From a virus (Duplodnaviria > Caudoviricetes), in IMG/VR virus record IMGVR_UViG_3300022876_000113, positions 1 to 26,476 of that record: 26,476 nt of DNA. One strand, written 5' to 3'. Below, piece after piece: positions 7,023 to 16,168 of this stretch; within the stretch, counting starts at the first letter, position 1; the number at the start of each line of letters is the position of its first letter. The position numbers were made by a program, and so were the translations under genes. The notes below the pieces were generated by a model. The model was not told the origin of the DNA. It saw only the letters and a list, made by a program, of their open reading frames with translations, and searched no databases.

Positions 7023-7802
7023 TCAGATCGAGATTCCGCGCCGAGCCCAGTAGCCCTTCATCCACTGGTACATCGTAGCCATCTCCGCATCGGACAGGAT
7101 ACGGTCAATTACGAACGCCCCGAGCATCTCCACAGCGGGGGTGGGAACCGTCAGATAGCTACTACCAATACGGAACTTATTGGTGTTCCTATCGACATAA
7201 GTACCTGCTGCGCCCGCACGGGTAGCCTGTGAGCCTTGGCCGAGATCATTAGTCGTGACCTGAGCAGGTGCAACACCAGCTGTGGTGCGTACCCCCCACA
7301 TTTTGTACTGACCTGCCACAGGCGATGCCACCGGATTCGGACTAAACAGCAGATCACTGGGGGATCCTGCCGTCGATCCATTCCAACTACCGACGAAGCC
7401 ATTGAGGGTCGGATTACCACCACTCTGAGCCATCTGAATCCCCAAGCCCTTCGCAGCCGGCTGCGTCGCATCATTGAGACGCGGACCCTGATAGGTAGAA
7501 ACGGGGAAAAACGTTTGCGCCGCCGCCTTGAACATACCAATGATCGTCGTGTTCAACTGCTGCGTAAAATCAGTGGTCAGGTAGTCCGTCGCTTCACGAA
7601 GCATCAGCCCCTGACCACTCGAGCCAATCACAGGGTTGCCTACCACCACCGCGTCGGCACCGCCAGCATAGTTACGCACGCTCTGCGCCACGCTGTCGCC
7701 GAAAAGAAAAATGCCCTTGAATCCGGTCGGATCGACCGGCGGAATGATGCGCTTTGAGTTGGCACGCAAGCTGTTGCCGCTGGAGTGAATGACTGCACCC
7801 AT
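7023..7802 (-). CDS. Putative tail-associated beta-rich protein
   Basis: 259 aa, Gly/Ser/Thr-rich, SD AGGAGAG, directly after the spike gene. Confidence 0.65.
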   Translation of the reverse strand: MGAVIHSSGNSLRANSKRIIPPVDPTGFKGIFLFGDSVAQSVRNYAGGADAVVVGNPVIGSSGQGLMLREATDYLTTDFTQQLNTTIIGMFKAAAQTFFPVSTYQGPRLNDATQPAAKGLGIQMAQSGGNPTLNGFVGSWNGSTAGSPSDLLFSPNPVASPVAGQYKMWGVRTTAGVAPAQVTTNDLGQGSQATRAGAAGTYVDRNTNKFRIGSSYLTVPTPAVEMLGAFVIDRILSDAEMATMYQWMKGYWARRGISI

Positions 7803-7811
7803 GGTTCTCTC

Positions 7812-10004
7812 CTATGACTGAATTTTGAGGTTGAAGGCGACGCACCAGTTGTGCATCGGATACGGCTTATCGACGAGTGCCGCGATGTTCGCTTCCGGAT
7901 ACTGACCGCTTCCTGCCTGATACACGTATCGATCAGGTGCAACGAAGCTATCGCTATCACGGAGACATCCATTGCCATCGTGGTACGTCTTGTCGGCGTA
8001 GCGGAGGTATGCAACTCCGACCAGGTCACGCGAAAGGGTCAGCTCCACGATCGTGTCGAAAACAATCCGAACGCCACTGACTGGAACGACGCCAATTGAA
8101 TCGCGCACCGTGAAGCCCTTATCGGCGAAATCGGTCGGCGTGTACGACAGATACGGCTTGTCGAACGCAAGCGGCGGCTCTGGCACATGGAAGTCGATGC
8201 TGATCTTCCTGCCCGCCACCGCGACATTGCGAGGAGACAACGGCCTCCAACCTTGACGAAGCTCCAGAACCTTGTAGGCCACTTTTGCAGCCATGTTGGC
8301 CCACCATCGATAGCCATTCGAGTCCAAGTGGCCGTTCGCAGTGGGGCTGGTGTGCTTGTCCGTGTAGGGATACACCGGCCCGACCAGGTAGACGTCGCTG
8401 TTCTCTTCGCTGAATTCAAGCTGGGCTTGGCCAACCGCCAATGCCGTGTCCATCCCATTGCCGTCGGAGGTGAAACTTGCACCGGTCTGGTACATCAGCA
8501 TGACCGGTGGCAGAGGCTGCGCAGCCACACCGGCCGCAACATCTACCTTGAAGTCCGACCAAAGCTGAGCCAGTGCAGCCTTGTGGGCCTGCCTGGTGCT
8601 GCTGGGGTAGTCGTTCTCTCCCTGCAGCCACACAAGCGCCCCGACGCCATAGGTTTTCCCCTCGGATGAGGCATTCGCCTTGGCAGCCTGTGAGTGCCCC
8701 ACCAGGACGTTCCAGATGTTCGGGCTCGCTCCCTTTGTCAGCTGTGCAATCGTTCGCCCACCAACCCCGCTGCTGCTGGCCACGAACGAAATGGAATCAT
8801 CCATCACGCCCTTCCGCAGGTTGTGTAGCTTCTTCAGAGAGTTGACCAGGCCCTCGGCGACCGTCTCGCCAAATGCTCCATTCCCCGGAGGAAGCGCAGC
8901 CACCTCGGCGTCTGTAAGCACGGCCATGCTCGTGCTCATCACATTGGCGACAAGCGGCTGGAACGCGCTGTTGCCGCCCACAGGGGCGAACGACGCTGAC
9001 CCAATGCTGGCCTGCCTGACCGAACCACCCACCATCACGTTGTTGTATGGCTGCGTTTTACTGAGGGCCGGCCACCCCTCAGTGCCATTGCTGAGGCTCT
9101 GGCCATATACGGCAAAGTGCGTGTAGTCGTAGCCTACCGGGGTGGATACGCTGTTTATCTGGGACGCTATACCGCGCGCAGCGTCCAGGTTGGACGCGTT
9201 GCGCGCTCCGTACAGCGATGCATCGTCACTCGCCGAGACCACGCCTTCAGGGGTCACCAGCTCGACGACATACCCATCGTCATCCTGGATCGAGAGCGAG
9301 GTATTCAACCCGACGGAAGAGGCATCCCGGACCAATCCGGCAACACCATTGGGGTCAACTACGTCGACGAAATACCCATCGGCGTCCACGAGGCTGAATG
9401 CACCAGTAGTTCCGATCAGACTTGAATTCGCGAGCATCACCGTCTTGAGGTCGATGATTCCTTCACTCAGCCCCTTGTCCGTGTATCCATCCTCGTCCGC
9501 GAAGCTGATCTCATAAGGAACATCGAGAGCCACCGTTCGAACAGTGTTGTCGAGTTTCGTGTCCAGAGTCTCGACTTCGCTACGGTCAGCCTTATCAAGC
9601 AGGATGTCTCCGCGCAGCCACTCCCATCCTTGTGCCGCAACAGACCTGCGCACGAACCTGCCATAGTTAGGAACGACCTGCCCTCCCGGCTTAATCGGAT
9701 CGACGTGCGAACCAGAGTCGGTTGTCATTGAAATATCGGCCTGTGCGCCGATTGGCTGGCTAATCCCAGGCTCAACCGAGATTAGTCGCGCCCACGTCGA
9801 TTCTCCGATTGCCCCGCCAGCTTGACCCGCCTTAAGCGCTTCCACATCTGCAGGAAGACCGGAAGCGTCGATCTGACCATCCACGAAAACTCCCAGCACA
9901 GACGCCGGCGCCTGCGCGTTGCGCCCGGCCTCAATAACCGCAAGTTGTGTGCTGCTCCCGATCTGACCAATGGCCGGATACTGGCTGAGCTCTTTCTCTG
10001 CCAC
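7812..10004 (-). CDS. Tail spike/fibre-like protein with SGNH (sialate O-acetylesterase-type) domain
   Basis: 730 aa, GTG start with GGAAAGGGG SD; YGQSL, GVGG, WLQGEND and GHL motifs. Confidence 0.75.
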   Translation of the reverse strand: MAEKELSQYPAIGQIGSSTQLAVIEAGRNAQAPASVLGVFVDGQIDASGLPADVEALKAGQAGGAIGESTWARLISVEPGISQPIGAQADISMTTDSGSHVDPIKPGGQVVPNYGRFVRRSVAAQGWEWLRGDILLDKADRSEVETLDTKLDNTVRTVALDVPYEISFADEDGYTDKGLSEGIIDLKTVMLANSSLIGTTGAFSLVDADGYFVDVVDPNGVAGLVRDASSVGLNTSLSIQDDDGYVVELVTPEGVVSASDDASLYGARNASNLDAARGIASQINSVSTPVGYDYTHFAVYGQSLSNGTEGWPALSKTQPYNNVMVGGSVRQASIGSASFAPVGGNSAFQPLVANVMSTSMAVLTDAEVAALPPGNGAFGETVAEGLVNSLKKLHNLRKGVMDDSISFVASSSGVGGRTIAQLTKGASPNIWNVLVGHSQAAKANASSEGKTYGVGALVWLQGENDYPSSTRQAHKAALAQLWSDFKVDVAAGVAAQPLPPVMLMYQTGASFTSDGNGMDTALAVGQAQLEFSEENSDVYLVGPVYPYTDKHTSPTANGHLDSNGYRWWANMAAKVAYKVLELRQGWRPLSPRNVAVAGRKISIDFHVPEPPLAFDKPYLSYTPTDFADKGFTVRDSIGVVPVSGVRIVFDTIVELTLSRDLVGVAYLRYADKTYHDGNGCLRDSDSFVAPDRYVYQAGSGQYPEANIAALVDKPYPMHNWCVAFNLKIQS

Positions 10005-10007
10005 GGT

Positions 10008-10170
10008 TTACCCCTTTCCGATGAGTTGATAGCCGTCATGGCCAAGAAGCAGCGCTCCGTCGTCGCCGACCAGCAGCTGCAGGTAGTTGGTGCTGTCGAA
10101 TTCGAACGGCTCGTCCGTTTCGTAGGTGCGGAACTCCAGGGCCACGCCGGCGGCCGACGGCACCCACTGA
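10008..10170 (-). pseudogene. 3' remnant of a baseplate-region gene (DUF2612-like by position)
   Basis: Start-less frame QWVPSAAGVALEFRTYETDEPFEFDS...LIGKG-stop ending 3 bp before the spike start. Confidence 0.5.
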
Positions 10171-10339
10171 CCGGCACGGCGAAAGCACCGTGCGTGTCGA
10201 TGCCGGCGGCCTTCGCATCGTAGATCGCTTGGGCAATCTCCACGTCCAGCCCGCCTTCGGCGATGACATGAACCGAGTGCGGCGGCCGGCGTGACATATC
10301 CGTGTAGTCGCCGGTGTTCTCGTAGGCAACCACGTTGGT
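10171..10339 (-). pseudogene. Internal fragment of a baseplate J-like gene
   Basis: TNVVAYENTGDYTDMSRRPPHSVHVIAEGGLDVEIAQAIYDAKAAGIDTHG resembles baseplate J/gp47 proteins. Confidence 0.75.
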
Positions 10340-11149
10340 CATGCGGTTGAGGTCGGCGGCAGTGTGCTTCTCAGGCCACAGGGCCTCGCCGTCCTCCGAC
10401 AGCGCCTCGAAGCAGACGTGCTCCCACACCTCACCATTGCCACCCGGTCGCGGTTCTTCGCCGGGCTTGCGGCCCAGGAGCCAGCCGGCCAGGTCCCGCT
10501 CGTGCAGGCGCTGCATGATCACGATGATCGGCGTGTCCGCGCTGTTCACGCGGGACTGCAGCGTGTTGTTGAACCAGTCCAGCACGCCCTGGCGGACCGT
10601 GTCGCTGTCGGCCTCGCCCGGCTTGTGCGGGTCATCGATGATGATCGCGCCGCCGAAGCCGGGCCGAGCCTTGCCCGCGCCGAAGCCGGTCACAGTGCCC
10701 TCGGCACCGGTGGCATAGACCACCCCGCCCTTGGTTGTCCGCCAGTCGCCCTTGGCGCTGCTGTCCTTGCGCAGCTCGACCTCGGGGAAGATCTCCCCGT
10801 AGACCTCGTGCTGCACCAGCTCGCGGGTATTGGCGCTGTTGTTCAGGGCCAGTGGTGCGGCATAGCTGATGTGGATGAACTCGGAGTCGGGCACCTTGCC
10901 CAGGCACCAGGACATCCAGTTCACGACCGCCAGCTCGGTCTTCGAATACCGCGGCGGCAGGTTGATCACCAGGCGCTTGCACTCGCCCCGATAGACCCGG
11001 TCCAAGGCCGCGCACAGAGGGGCATGGTGCTTGGCCCGCATCCACTGGAAGCCCTTCTTCCGCAGGAACGTGTAGCGGCTGTAGAAGTAGAAGTCCTCCC
11101 GCGCCAGCTCGGCCGCAACCAGCTTTTGCTGAGCGGTCAGCTCGCCCAC
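10340..11149 (-). pseudogene. terL: Terminase large subunit, ATPase domain only (nuclease domain deleted)
   Basis: Walker A INLPPRYSKT, Walker B IIIDDP, IMQRLH; similarity stops after LWPEKHTAADLNRM. Confidence 0.9.
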
Positions 11150-11150
11150 T

Positions 11151-11624
11151 TCACACCTCCTGCAGCAGCTTCTTCGCCTCCTCTCGGAACTGGCCGGGGG
11201 TCATGTCGGCGCTCTGGATCGGCCCGCCGTTCGGGCCGCTGTGTTCGACTTGCTGGCGGTTTGTGTACGCGCCGCCTGTCTCCTTGGCCGCCTGCTCGAT
11301 GAGCTGGGCGGCCAAGGCCATGTTCTTCATGCCCTCGGCCTTGTTGGCCATCCGGTTCAACGCGCGCAGCCGGACGGCACGGTTGGCGATGGGAATGTCC
11401 GCCGTCTCGGCCTTGAAGCGCTCCCTGGTGGTGTTGAACAGCTCGACCCAGCGCTGCGCCAGCTTCCGCCCTGCGTGCTTGGTAGGGTCGTGCGATTCCA
11501 CCGTCTGGCGGCTCACGGCCTGACCGAACTCAGTCTTGACCGCCTCCACCACAGTGCTGGGCGTGTCAAAGCACGCCAACTGCTGGACGATGAAGGTCTT
11601 CACCTGGGCGTCGAGCGCGGGCAT
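11151..11624 (-). CDS. Terminase small subunit-like (DUF2280 family)
   Basis: FIVQQLACFDTPS, IPIANRAVRLRAL, EHSGPNGGPI; directly upstream of terL. Confidence 0.8.
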   Translation of the reverse strand: MPALDAQVKTFIVQQLACFDTPSTVVEAVKTEFGQAVSRQTVESHDPTKHAGRKLAQRWVELFNTTRERFKAETADIPIANRAVRLRALNRMANKAEGMKNMALAAQLIEQAAKETGGAYTNRQQVEHSGPNGGPIQSADMTPGQFREEAKKLLQEV

Positions 11625-11655
11625 CTGTATTTAACCTTGTCGTGCCAGGTCGTGC

Positions 11656-12276
11656 CTACGCAGCCCTCAGCAGGCAGGTGCCACACGACCGGGCGATGTC
11701 TAGTCTGGCCACCTCAGGCGGCCTCTGTGCTGCGTCTACGAGCTTCTGGACCTGATCCCCTGCCCCATACCTGCGAACCACCCCGACGAACTCTTCAACG
11801 TCATGGGCTCGCATCGTCAGGGCGGCGGATCCATCCCTACGGAACTTCGGGGCACCGTATTGATCGGCCTCTTGGGCAACGTGGTAGAGCTCGTGCTCCA
11901 CCAGAGCGCAGAACTCCGTGTCGGAGCAGCTGGAGCAGTAATCGGCGGCCAGAGTGATGACCACCTCAGGTACGCGCCCGAACCAGTCCACCATCTGGCG
12001 TTCCATCCGGGCCTTCTGCCACCCACCCGCCCGGAAAGCCACTATCTCGGCCTGGCCGACAACAGTCCTGCCCTGCTTGGTGAAACAGGTGCCCGCCCAG
12101 AGAATGCCCGCGTCTGCACCTTGTAGGTGCAGGTGATCGGGGTTGTGCAGGTTCCCGTCCTCGGACAGCACCTCGGCTTCGATCCACTCCCATACATCCG
12201 GAGCAGGCCGGAACCGCATTGCCATGTCCTCCAGATCGATGTCGTGTAGGTCGGTCGGGGGCTGAGGCCTGCCCAT
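11656..12276 (-). CDS. Phage putative metallopeptidase
   Basis: LVEHELYH (HExxH) and HDVEEFVGVVRRYG. Confidence 0.8.
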   Translation of the reverse strand: MGRPQPPTDLHDIDLEDMAMRFRPAPDVWEWIEAEVLSEDGNLHNPDHLHLQGADAGILWAGTCFTKQGRTVVGQAEIVAFRAGGWQKARMERQMVDWFGRVPEVVITLAADYCSSCSDTEFCALVEHELYHVAQEADQYGAPKFRRDGSAALTMRAHDVEEFVGVVRRYGAGDQVQKLVDAAQRPPEVARLDIARSCGTCLLRAA

Positions 12277-12278
12277 AG

Positions 12279-12746
12279 CTACTCCTGCCCTTCGTACTCT
12301 CGCACTACGGCTTGGCAGGCGATGACGTGGTCTTGGGCGTCGGTGACGATTTGAAGAGCAGCCCCTGCAACCTCTGGACGTAGTTCGGCTCGCGCATCAC
12401 GTTCGACGGCGCCGGCGACGGCTTGGGACAGGCGGCTGGTCTCGCAGGTGGCGAGGTCGTCGCGCAGCTGGAGACTGCCATCACGCACCCCAGCAACAAC
12501 AGCAGCAGGGACGGCCTGGGCCGCAGCGCGATCTTCTTCATGCTTCGCTCCGATGGTGGCCATGGTGTCGGCCTGGGTGTGCTCGGTCGAGCGGGCCTCG
12601 TTGACCTGATCAGCCAATGCGGCGCTGGTGCCGGCCTGCTGCCGGAACTGTGCGCCCTCGGCACGGTCGCCGCGCCAGGACCAACCAGCCCAGAAGGACA
12701 AAACCAATGCTGCGGCGGCAAGCAACACATAAAGACGGATCATCAC
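12279..12746 (-). CDS. Rz-like inner membrane spanin
   Basis: N-terminal TM segment, Ala-rich helical periplasmic region, C-terminal ACQ. Confidence 0.8.
   Translation of the reverse strand: MMIRLYVLLAAAALVLSFWAGWSWRGDRAEGAQFRQQAGTSAALADQVNEARSTEHTQADTMATIGAKHEEDRAAAQAVPAAVVAGVRDGSLQLRDDLATCETSRLSQAVAGAVERDARAELRPEVAGAALQIVTDAQDHVIACQAVVREYEGQE
12305..12541 (-). CDS. Rz1-like outer membrane spanin lipoprotein nested in Rz
   Basis: Alternate frame; GGAG SD; MKKIALRPRPSLLLLLLGCVMAVSS-C signal peptide then Pro-rich region; 78 aa. Confidence 0.75.
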   Translation of the reverse strand: MKKIALRPRPSLLLLLLGCVMAVSSCATTSPPARPAACPKPSPAPSNVMREPNYVQRLQGLLFKSSPTPKTTSSPAKP

Positions 12747-13060
12747 GGCATCTCCGGCGGGATCACGGCGCCGACCTGGCGCATGGCCGACTCCAACGAC
12801 ATGACCCGTAGCCTTAGTCGGTGGGCCTCTTCCTGCGCAGTCATTCGCAATTTGATTTCCTCGGCCAGCTGCAGCGTGGTCGCCGCCTGGGATTCCTCCA
12901 GCGACTTCACGCGCTGCACTAGGCCATTCAAAAGGTCAACGTTGGCATCCGTCTCGGTGCGTTCCTTGCGCCGGGAGAGCAGCGCCCCCCACGTTTCCCT
13001 TGCCACCCAGAACGCGGCGACACCGCCCGCCATCCACCATGGCACTGTTTCCTCGGTCAT
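12743..13060 (-). CDS. Putative holin-like membrane protein (one TM plus coiled coil)
   Basis: Between endolysin and Rz with ATGA overlaps at both ends. Confidence 0.55.
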   Translation of the reverse strand: MTEETVPWWMAGGVAAFWVARETWGALLSRRKERTETDANVDLLNGLVQRVKSLEESQAATTLQLAEEIKLRMTAQEEAHRLRLRVMSLESAMRQVGAVIPPEMP

Positions 13061-13545
13061 GACACGACCACGCCGCCGGCCTTCCGGTAGGCGGCAAGCA
13101 GGTCATCAAGCTTGCGCTCATGTTGACCGTAGCCGGCGCCCGGGAGGCTGGCCCAGATGTTGCGGACAAAGCTGATCGCCTTGACCACCTGGCCGGCCTT
13201 GATCAGCTCCAGTGCGCGCCGTTCCCTGATCTGCTGAATAGCGATCAGGTCCTGACTGAGGGGCGAGAAGTCTTTGAGCCCGAGCAGTCGGCGATATGCA
13301 TCGAAGTAGCGCGCCAGCAGCTGGTAGCGACCGGCGGCGGTCGACTTGATTCCCAGCCGAGGCAGCGACACGAGTTCGCGCGGATGATCGGCATAGCCGT
13401 TGAACAGCCTGCCTCCCACGATCACGTCATAGCCGTGATCCTTGGTGGGCTGCTTGCCGTTGTCGGTGCCTTCGGACCATGCCAGCATGTCCAGGAACGC
13501 CACGACGTTCACGCCGCCTGCTTGTTGGGGGGTGATCCTTGCCAT
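13057..13545 (-). CDS. Endolysin, lambda R-type lytic transglycosylase
   Basis: AFLDMLAWSEGT, STAAGRYQLL, DFSPLSQD, IWASLPGAGYGQ; 162 aa from ATG 13545. Confidence 0.95.
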   Translation of the reverse strand: MARITPQQAGGVNVVAFLDMLAWSEGTDNGKQPTKDHGYDVIVGGRLFNGYADHPRELVSLPRLGIKSTAAGRYQLLARYFDAYRRLLGLKDFSPLSQDLIAIQQIRERRALELIKAGQVVKAISFVRNIWASLPGAGYGQHERKLDDLLAAYRKAGGVVVS

Positions 13546-13683
13546 GAGGTGTGTCCTGATTGGGGTGCCCGCCCCGCTGCCGGCTTGGCGCAAGGGTTGA
13601 TCCGGTCGGGGGAAAGCGGGCGTAATTGGTTGTGGGTCAATGCCCAACCTACACTTAGCTCATCCCAAGGATGAGAATCGCTA

Positions 13684-14319
13684 ATGCTCAAGATTTTCGT
13701 GGACACTTGCGTCTGGAGACACTGGCTTTCGCTGCGGAGCAATAGCTCTCGGTTACAGGAGCCTGAGCTCACCGACGCGGGAGCTTTCGCTGAGATTATC
13801 GCGGCCGTCAATGATCAACGCCTTGCTGCCAACTTGATCTATGACCAGGGCGTAATCATCGAATTGGGTCCGGTCCGGGTTGAAGAGATCTCTGCCTTGC
13901 TCTCACGCCAAGTTGAGAGAGTTCCGATCCCACAGAGCCGATGCGATGGAAGATACCGTTACGACGGAAGCTTGCTGGCGGGAGGAGAATTCGGAGGCTC
14001 CCTTGATGCAATGCTTAACGCGGACGGTCGACGTCATGAGGAACTTCTTCACGCTGCATTCGTCAAGTCGGGAGAGGCTGGCACACCACTCTTTGAGCAA
14101 AAAGCCCGGATAGCAGAGTTCGACGTAGAGCATCTTGAGGCTGCCTTAGAGGCTGGCGCAGACATTTTCATGACCACTGACAGAGCAACCATCCTAGATA
14201 AGCTACCAAAATTGGCCAATCTTCCTACGGCCTCACACGCAGTCAAACGTGCTGCGCAGATTTTGCGCTCGCCTTCGCAGTTCGTCGAAGAAACGGATCT
14301 GACTCGCAGTACAAATTGA
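13684..14319 (+). CDS. PIN-like domain protein (putative RNase), counter-oriented moron
   Basis: N-terminal KIFVDTCVW and C-terminal DVEHLEAALEAGADIFMTTD acidic motifs; lower GC. Confidence 0.7.
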   Translation: MLKIFVDTCVWRHWLSLRSNSSRLQEPELTDAGAFAEIIAAVNDQRLAANLIYDQGVIIELGPVRVEEISALLSRQVERVPIPQSRCDGRYRYDGSLLAGGEFGGSLDAMLNADGRRHEELLHAAFVKSGEAGTPLFEQKARIAEFDVEHLEAALEAGADIFMTTDRATILDKLPKLANLPTASHAVKRAAQILRSPSQFVEETDLTRSTN

Positions 14320-14347
14320 ATGAAATATCCCCGCTAGGTGGCGGGGC
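14319..14347 (-). terminator. tR'-like terminator after the late promoter
   Basis: Minus strand CCCCGC-CACCTA-GCGGGG followed by ATATTTCATT. Confidence 0.5.
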
Positions 14348-14387
14348 TGATGAGTTTGGCCGGCGGCCAAGTCTCGCGATGATGGGA

Positions 14388-14417
14388 AATCTACCGGCTC
14401 CGACGTGGAGTCAGCAA
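14388..14417 (-). promoter_or_regulatory. Putative late promoter (pR'-like)
   Basis: TTGCTG-18 bp-TAGATT just downstream of the Q-like gene; GTGGAG/CTCCAC inverted repeat flanks the -35. Confidence 0.5.
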
Positions 14418-14434
14418 CTCCACATTTTCGAGAG

Positions 14435-15148
14435 CTACGCTGCGCGGGGCTCTTCGTCCCGGTCCCGATTGCTTAATGCGCGGGAGAGCTGCTTTGCAGC
14501 ACGCTCACTGGACTGGTGAAGCTCGCCCAGCAGCCATTCGAAGACGCCCTTCCATCGCTTCGGATAGTCGGACGGGTCACAGCCCATTGCCATTGCTCTG
14601 CGGCGATCGGGCAGCGGCTCGATACCAGTGTTCCTACACTCCGGGCATCCCCTGTCAGTGACGATGCCAGTGCCCCTGCAGTTCGGGCAGCGGTTGCCGC
14701 TGGCCAGCTCCAGCACCACGGCGTCGACCATGCGGGAAAGGTGCTGATAGGTATTCTTCGGCCAGGCCTGCGCCCGCGCCAGCACCACCGCGGCCTCCCG
14801 ATCCCGAAGGATCCGTCTCTGGGCGTCGGACATGCTGCGCCGGCTGAGGCTGACCATCTCCCTGGAAAAGCTCAAGTCATCCTCGGCCTCCGCCAGCGCC
14901 CGTGCGCGGCGGGTGAACTCCGGGCGCACGATTGCGAGCACGGCCTCGGCCAGCTTGCCGCGATGCCGGATGGCACCGTCAGGCAAATACACCGCCTCCA
15001 TCACTTCCCGTCCAAGCCCGGCCGGCACCATACCCAGCGCGGCGGCGATATCGGACGTGGTCAGGCTGGGAGCGCCCCCACCCTGCCCTACGTCGAAGCG
15101 CACGGTCTGTGCGTTCAGTCGGGCCAGCATCTCGCGGCGGTCAACCAT
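14435..15148 (-). CDS. Late antiterminator Q-like protein
   Basis: CPNCRGTG...CPECRNTG zinc finger; last gene of nin region, before lysis cassette. Confidence 0.75.
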   Translation of the reverse strand: MVDRREMLARLNAQTVRFDVGQGGGAPSLTTSDIAAALGMVPAGLGREVMEAVYLPDGAIRHRGKLAEAVLAIVRPEFTRRARALAEAEDDLSFSREMVSLSRRSMSDAQRRILRDREAAVVLARAQAWPKNTYQHLSRMVDAVVLELASGNRCPNCRGTGIVTDRGCPECRNTGIEPLPDRRRAMAMGCDPSDYPKRWKGVFEWLLGELHQSSERAAKQLSRALSNRDRDEEPRAA

Positions 15149-15377
15149 GTGTGTTCTCTCCTCGGGTGGTGCTGGTGGTAGAAATGCCGCGCGCGCTCGC
15201 CAGTGCGGCGCGCCATCGGTAAGCAGTGGCTCTGTGCATTCCGAAGTCGTCCTGCAGCTCTTTGACGCTGGGCAGGCGACTCCGGTACTTGTCAGCGATC
15301 CGGCAAGCGACGACGAGGCTCACGATCGCCGTCCCGCGCGGTCCGCCCACTTGTTCGGTGTAGGGGTTGGCCGTCAC
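15141..15377 (-). CDS. Small HTH protein
   Basis: PSVKELQDDFGMHRATAYRW; GTGA overlap with rusA stop. Confidence 0.7.
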   Translation of the reverse strand: MTANPYTEQVGGPRGTAIVSLVVACRIADKYRSRLPSVKELQDDFGMHRATAYRWRAALASARGISTTSTTRGENTHG

Positions 15378-15813
15378 ATGCCGATCCTCTCGATCTCGAT
15401 CACGCAACCAGGCACGTCAAGGGCATCTGCGCCCTCCCCCGGGTAACGTTTGGCAGCGCTGCATTCCACGACCCGGGCGTCATCCCGCCAGATCCCGGCG
15501 TCGGTCAGCGCGTCCTCGGTCGATCGGACCAGCTTGGAGAGGTCCGGCAGCTTGCAGGGAAAGACCGTGCGGCGCTTCGGGGCGCTGAGCGGCTTGTGGA
15601 GGGTGAACGTCATGCGGACCACGAGGGGCTCATCAAGCACCGGCAGCCCGAGCTGGGCGCGCAGTTGCTGGGCCGCAAGCTTGACGTCCTGCCGCCATGG
15701 CCGGACCTTCTTCGACGACTCAGCGAGGATGGCCCGGCCGCTCTTGGCCAAGCCCTTGAACGACTTGCTGCCCTGCGGCGCCGGCGAGCCATAGACCAGA
15801 TCCGGATGATCAT
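15374..15813 (-). pseudogene. rusA: RusA Holliday junction resolvase with 5' frameshift
   Basis: PDLSKL..STEDALT.AGIWRDDARV motif; coupled ATG 15813 (MIIRI) is out of frame with VYGSPAPQGSK. Confidence 0.75.
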
Positions 15814-16118
15814 GCGGCCACCTGGATCACGCCCATCTGCCACAGGGCCAGCATGGTGCGCTCGTGCCCGCGCAGCCAGATCTCAGCCTTCTCCTCGCGG
15901 GTGAAGCGCCTTCCCTGGTCCAGCTCGCGATGGCAACTCCGGCAAGCGCTGGCCACGAAGCAGTCGTGCGCCTTAAGGCTGCCGCCCTTCCCGTGCCGGC
16001 TCTGGTTGCTGTGCGCTGGCTCACCGAAGCCACCTTCACAACAGCCGTCGATCTGAAGGGTGCATTCGACCTGGTAAACGGCGTCCAGCAGCGCACGGTC
16101 GCGGTAGTTGTCGTGCAT
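15810..16118 (-). CDS. DUF1364/YbcO-like zinc-binding putative nuclease
   Basis: CTLQIDGCC, AHSN..HGKG..KAHD, ACRSCH..LD. Confidence 0.75.
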   Translation of the reverse strand: MHDNYRDRALLDAVYQVECTLQIDGCCEGGFGEPAHSNQSRHGKGGSLKAHDCFVASACRSCHRELDQGRRFTREEKAEIWLRGHERTMLALWQMGVIQVAA

Positions 16119-16168
16119 CACCACCCCCCCCAGCCTACAATCGCACTACGAACCACAGGGGATTTGAT

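Noticed and set aside
9782-11149. 455-aa ORF as an intact terminase
   Set aside because: Nuclease domain absent; the C-terminal part is a baseplate fragment plus out-of-frame sequence
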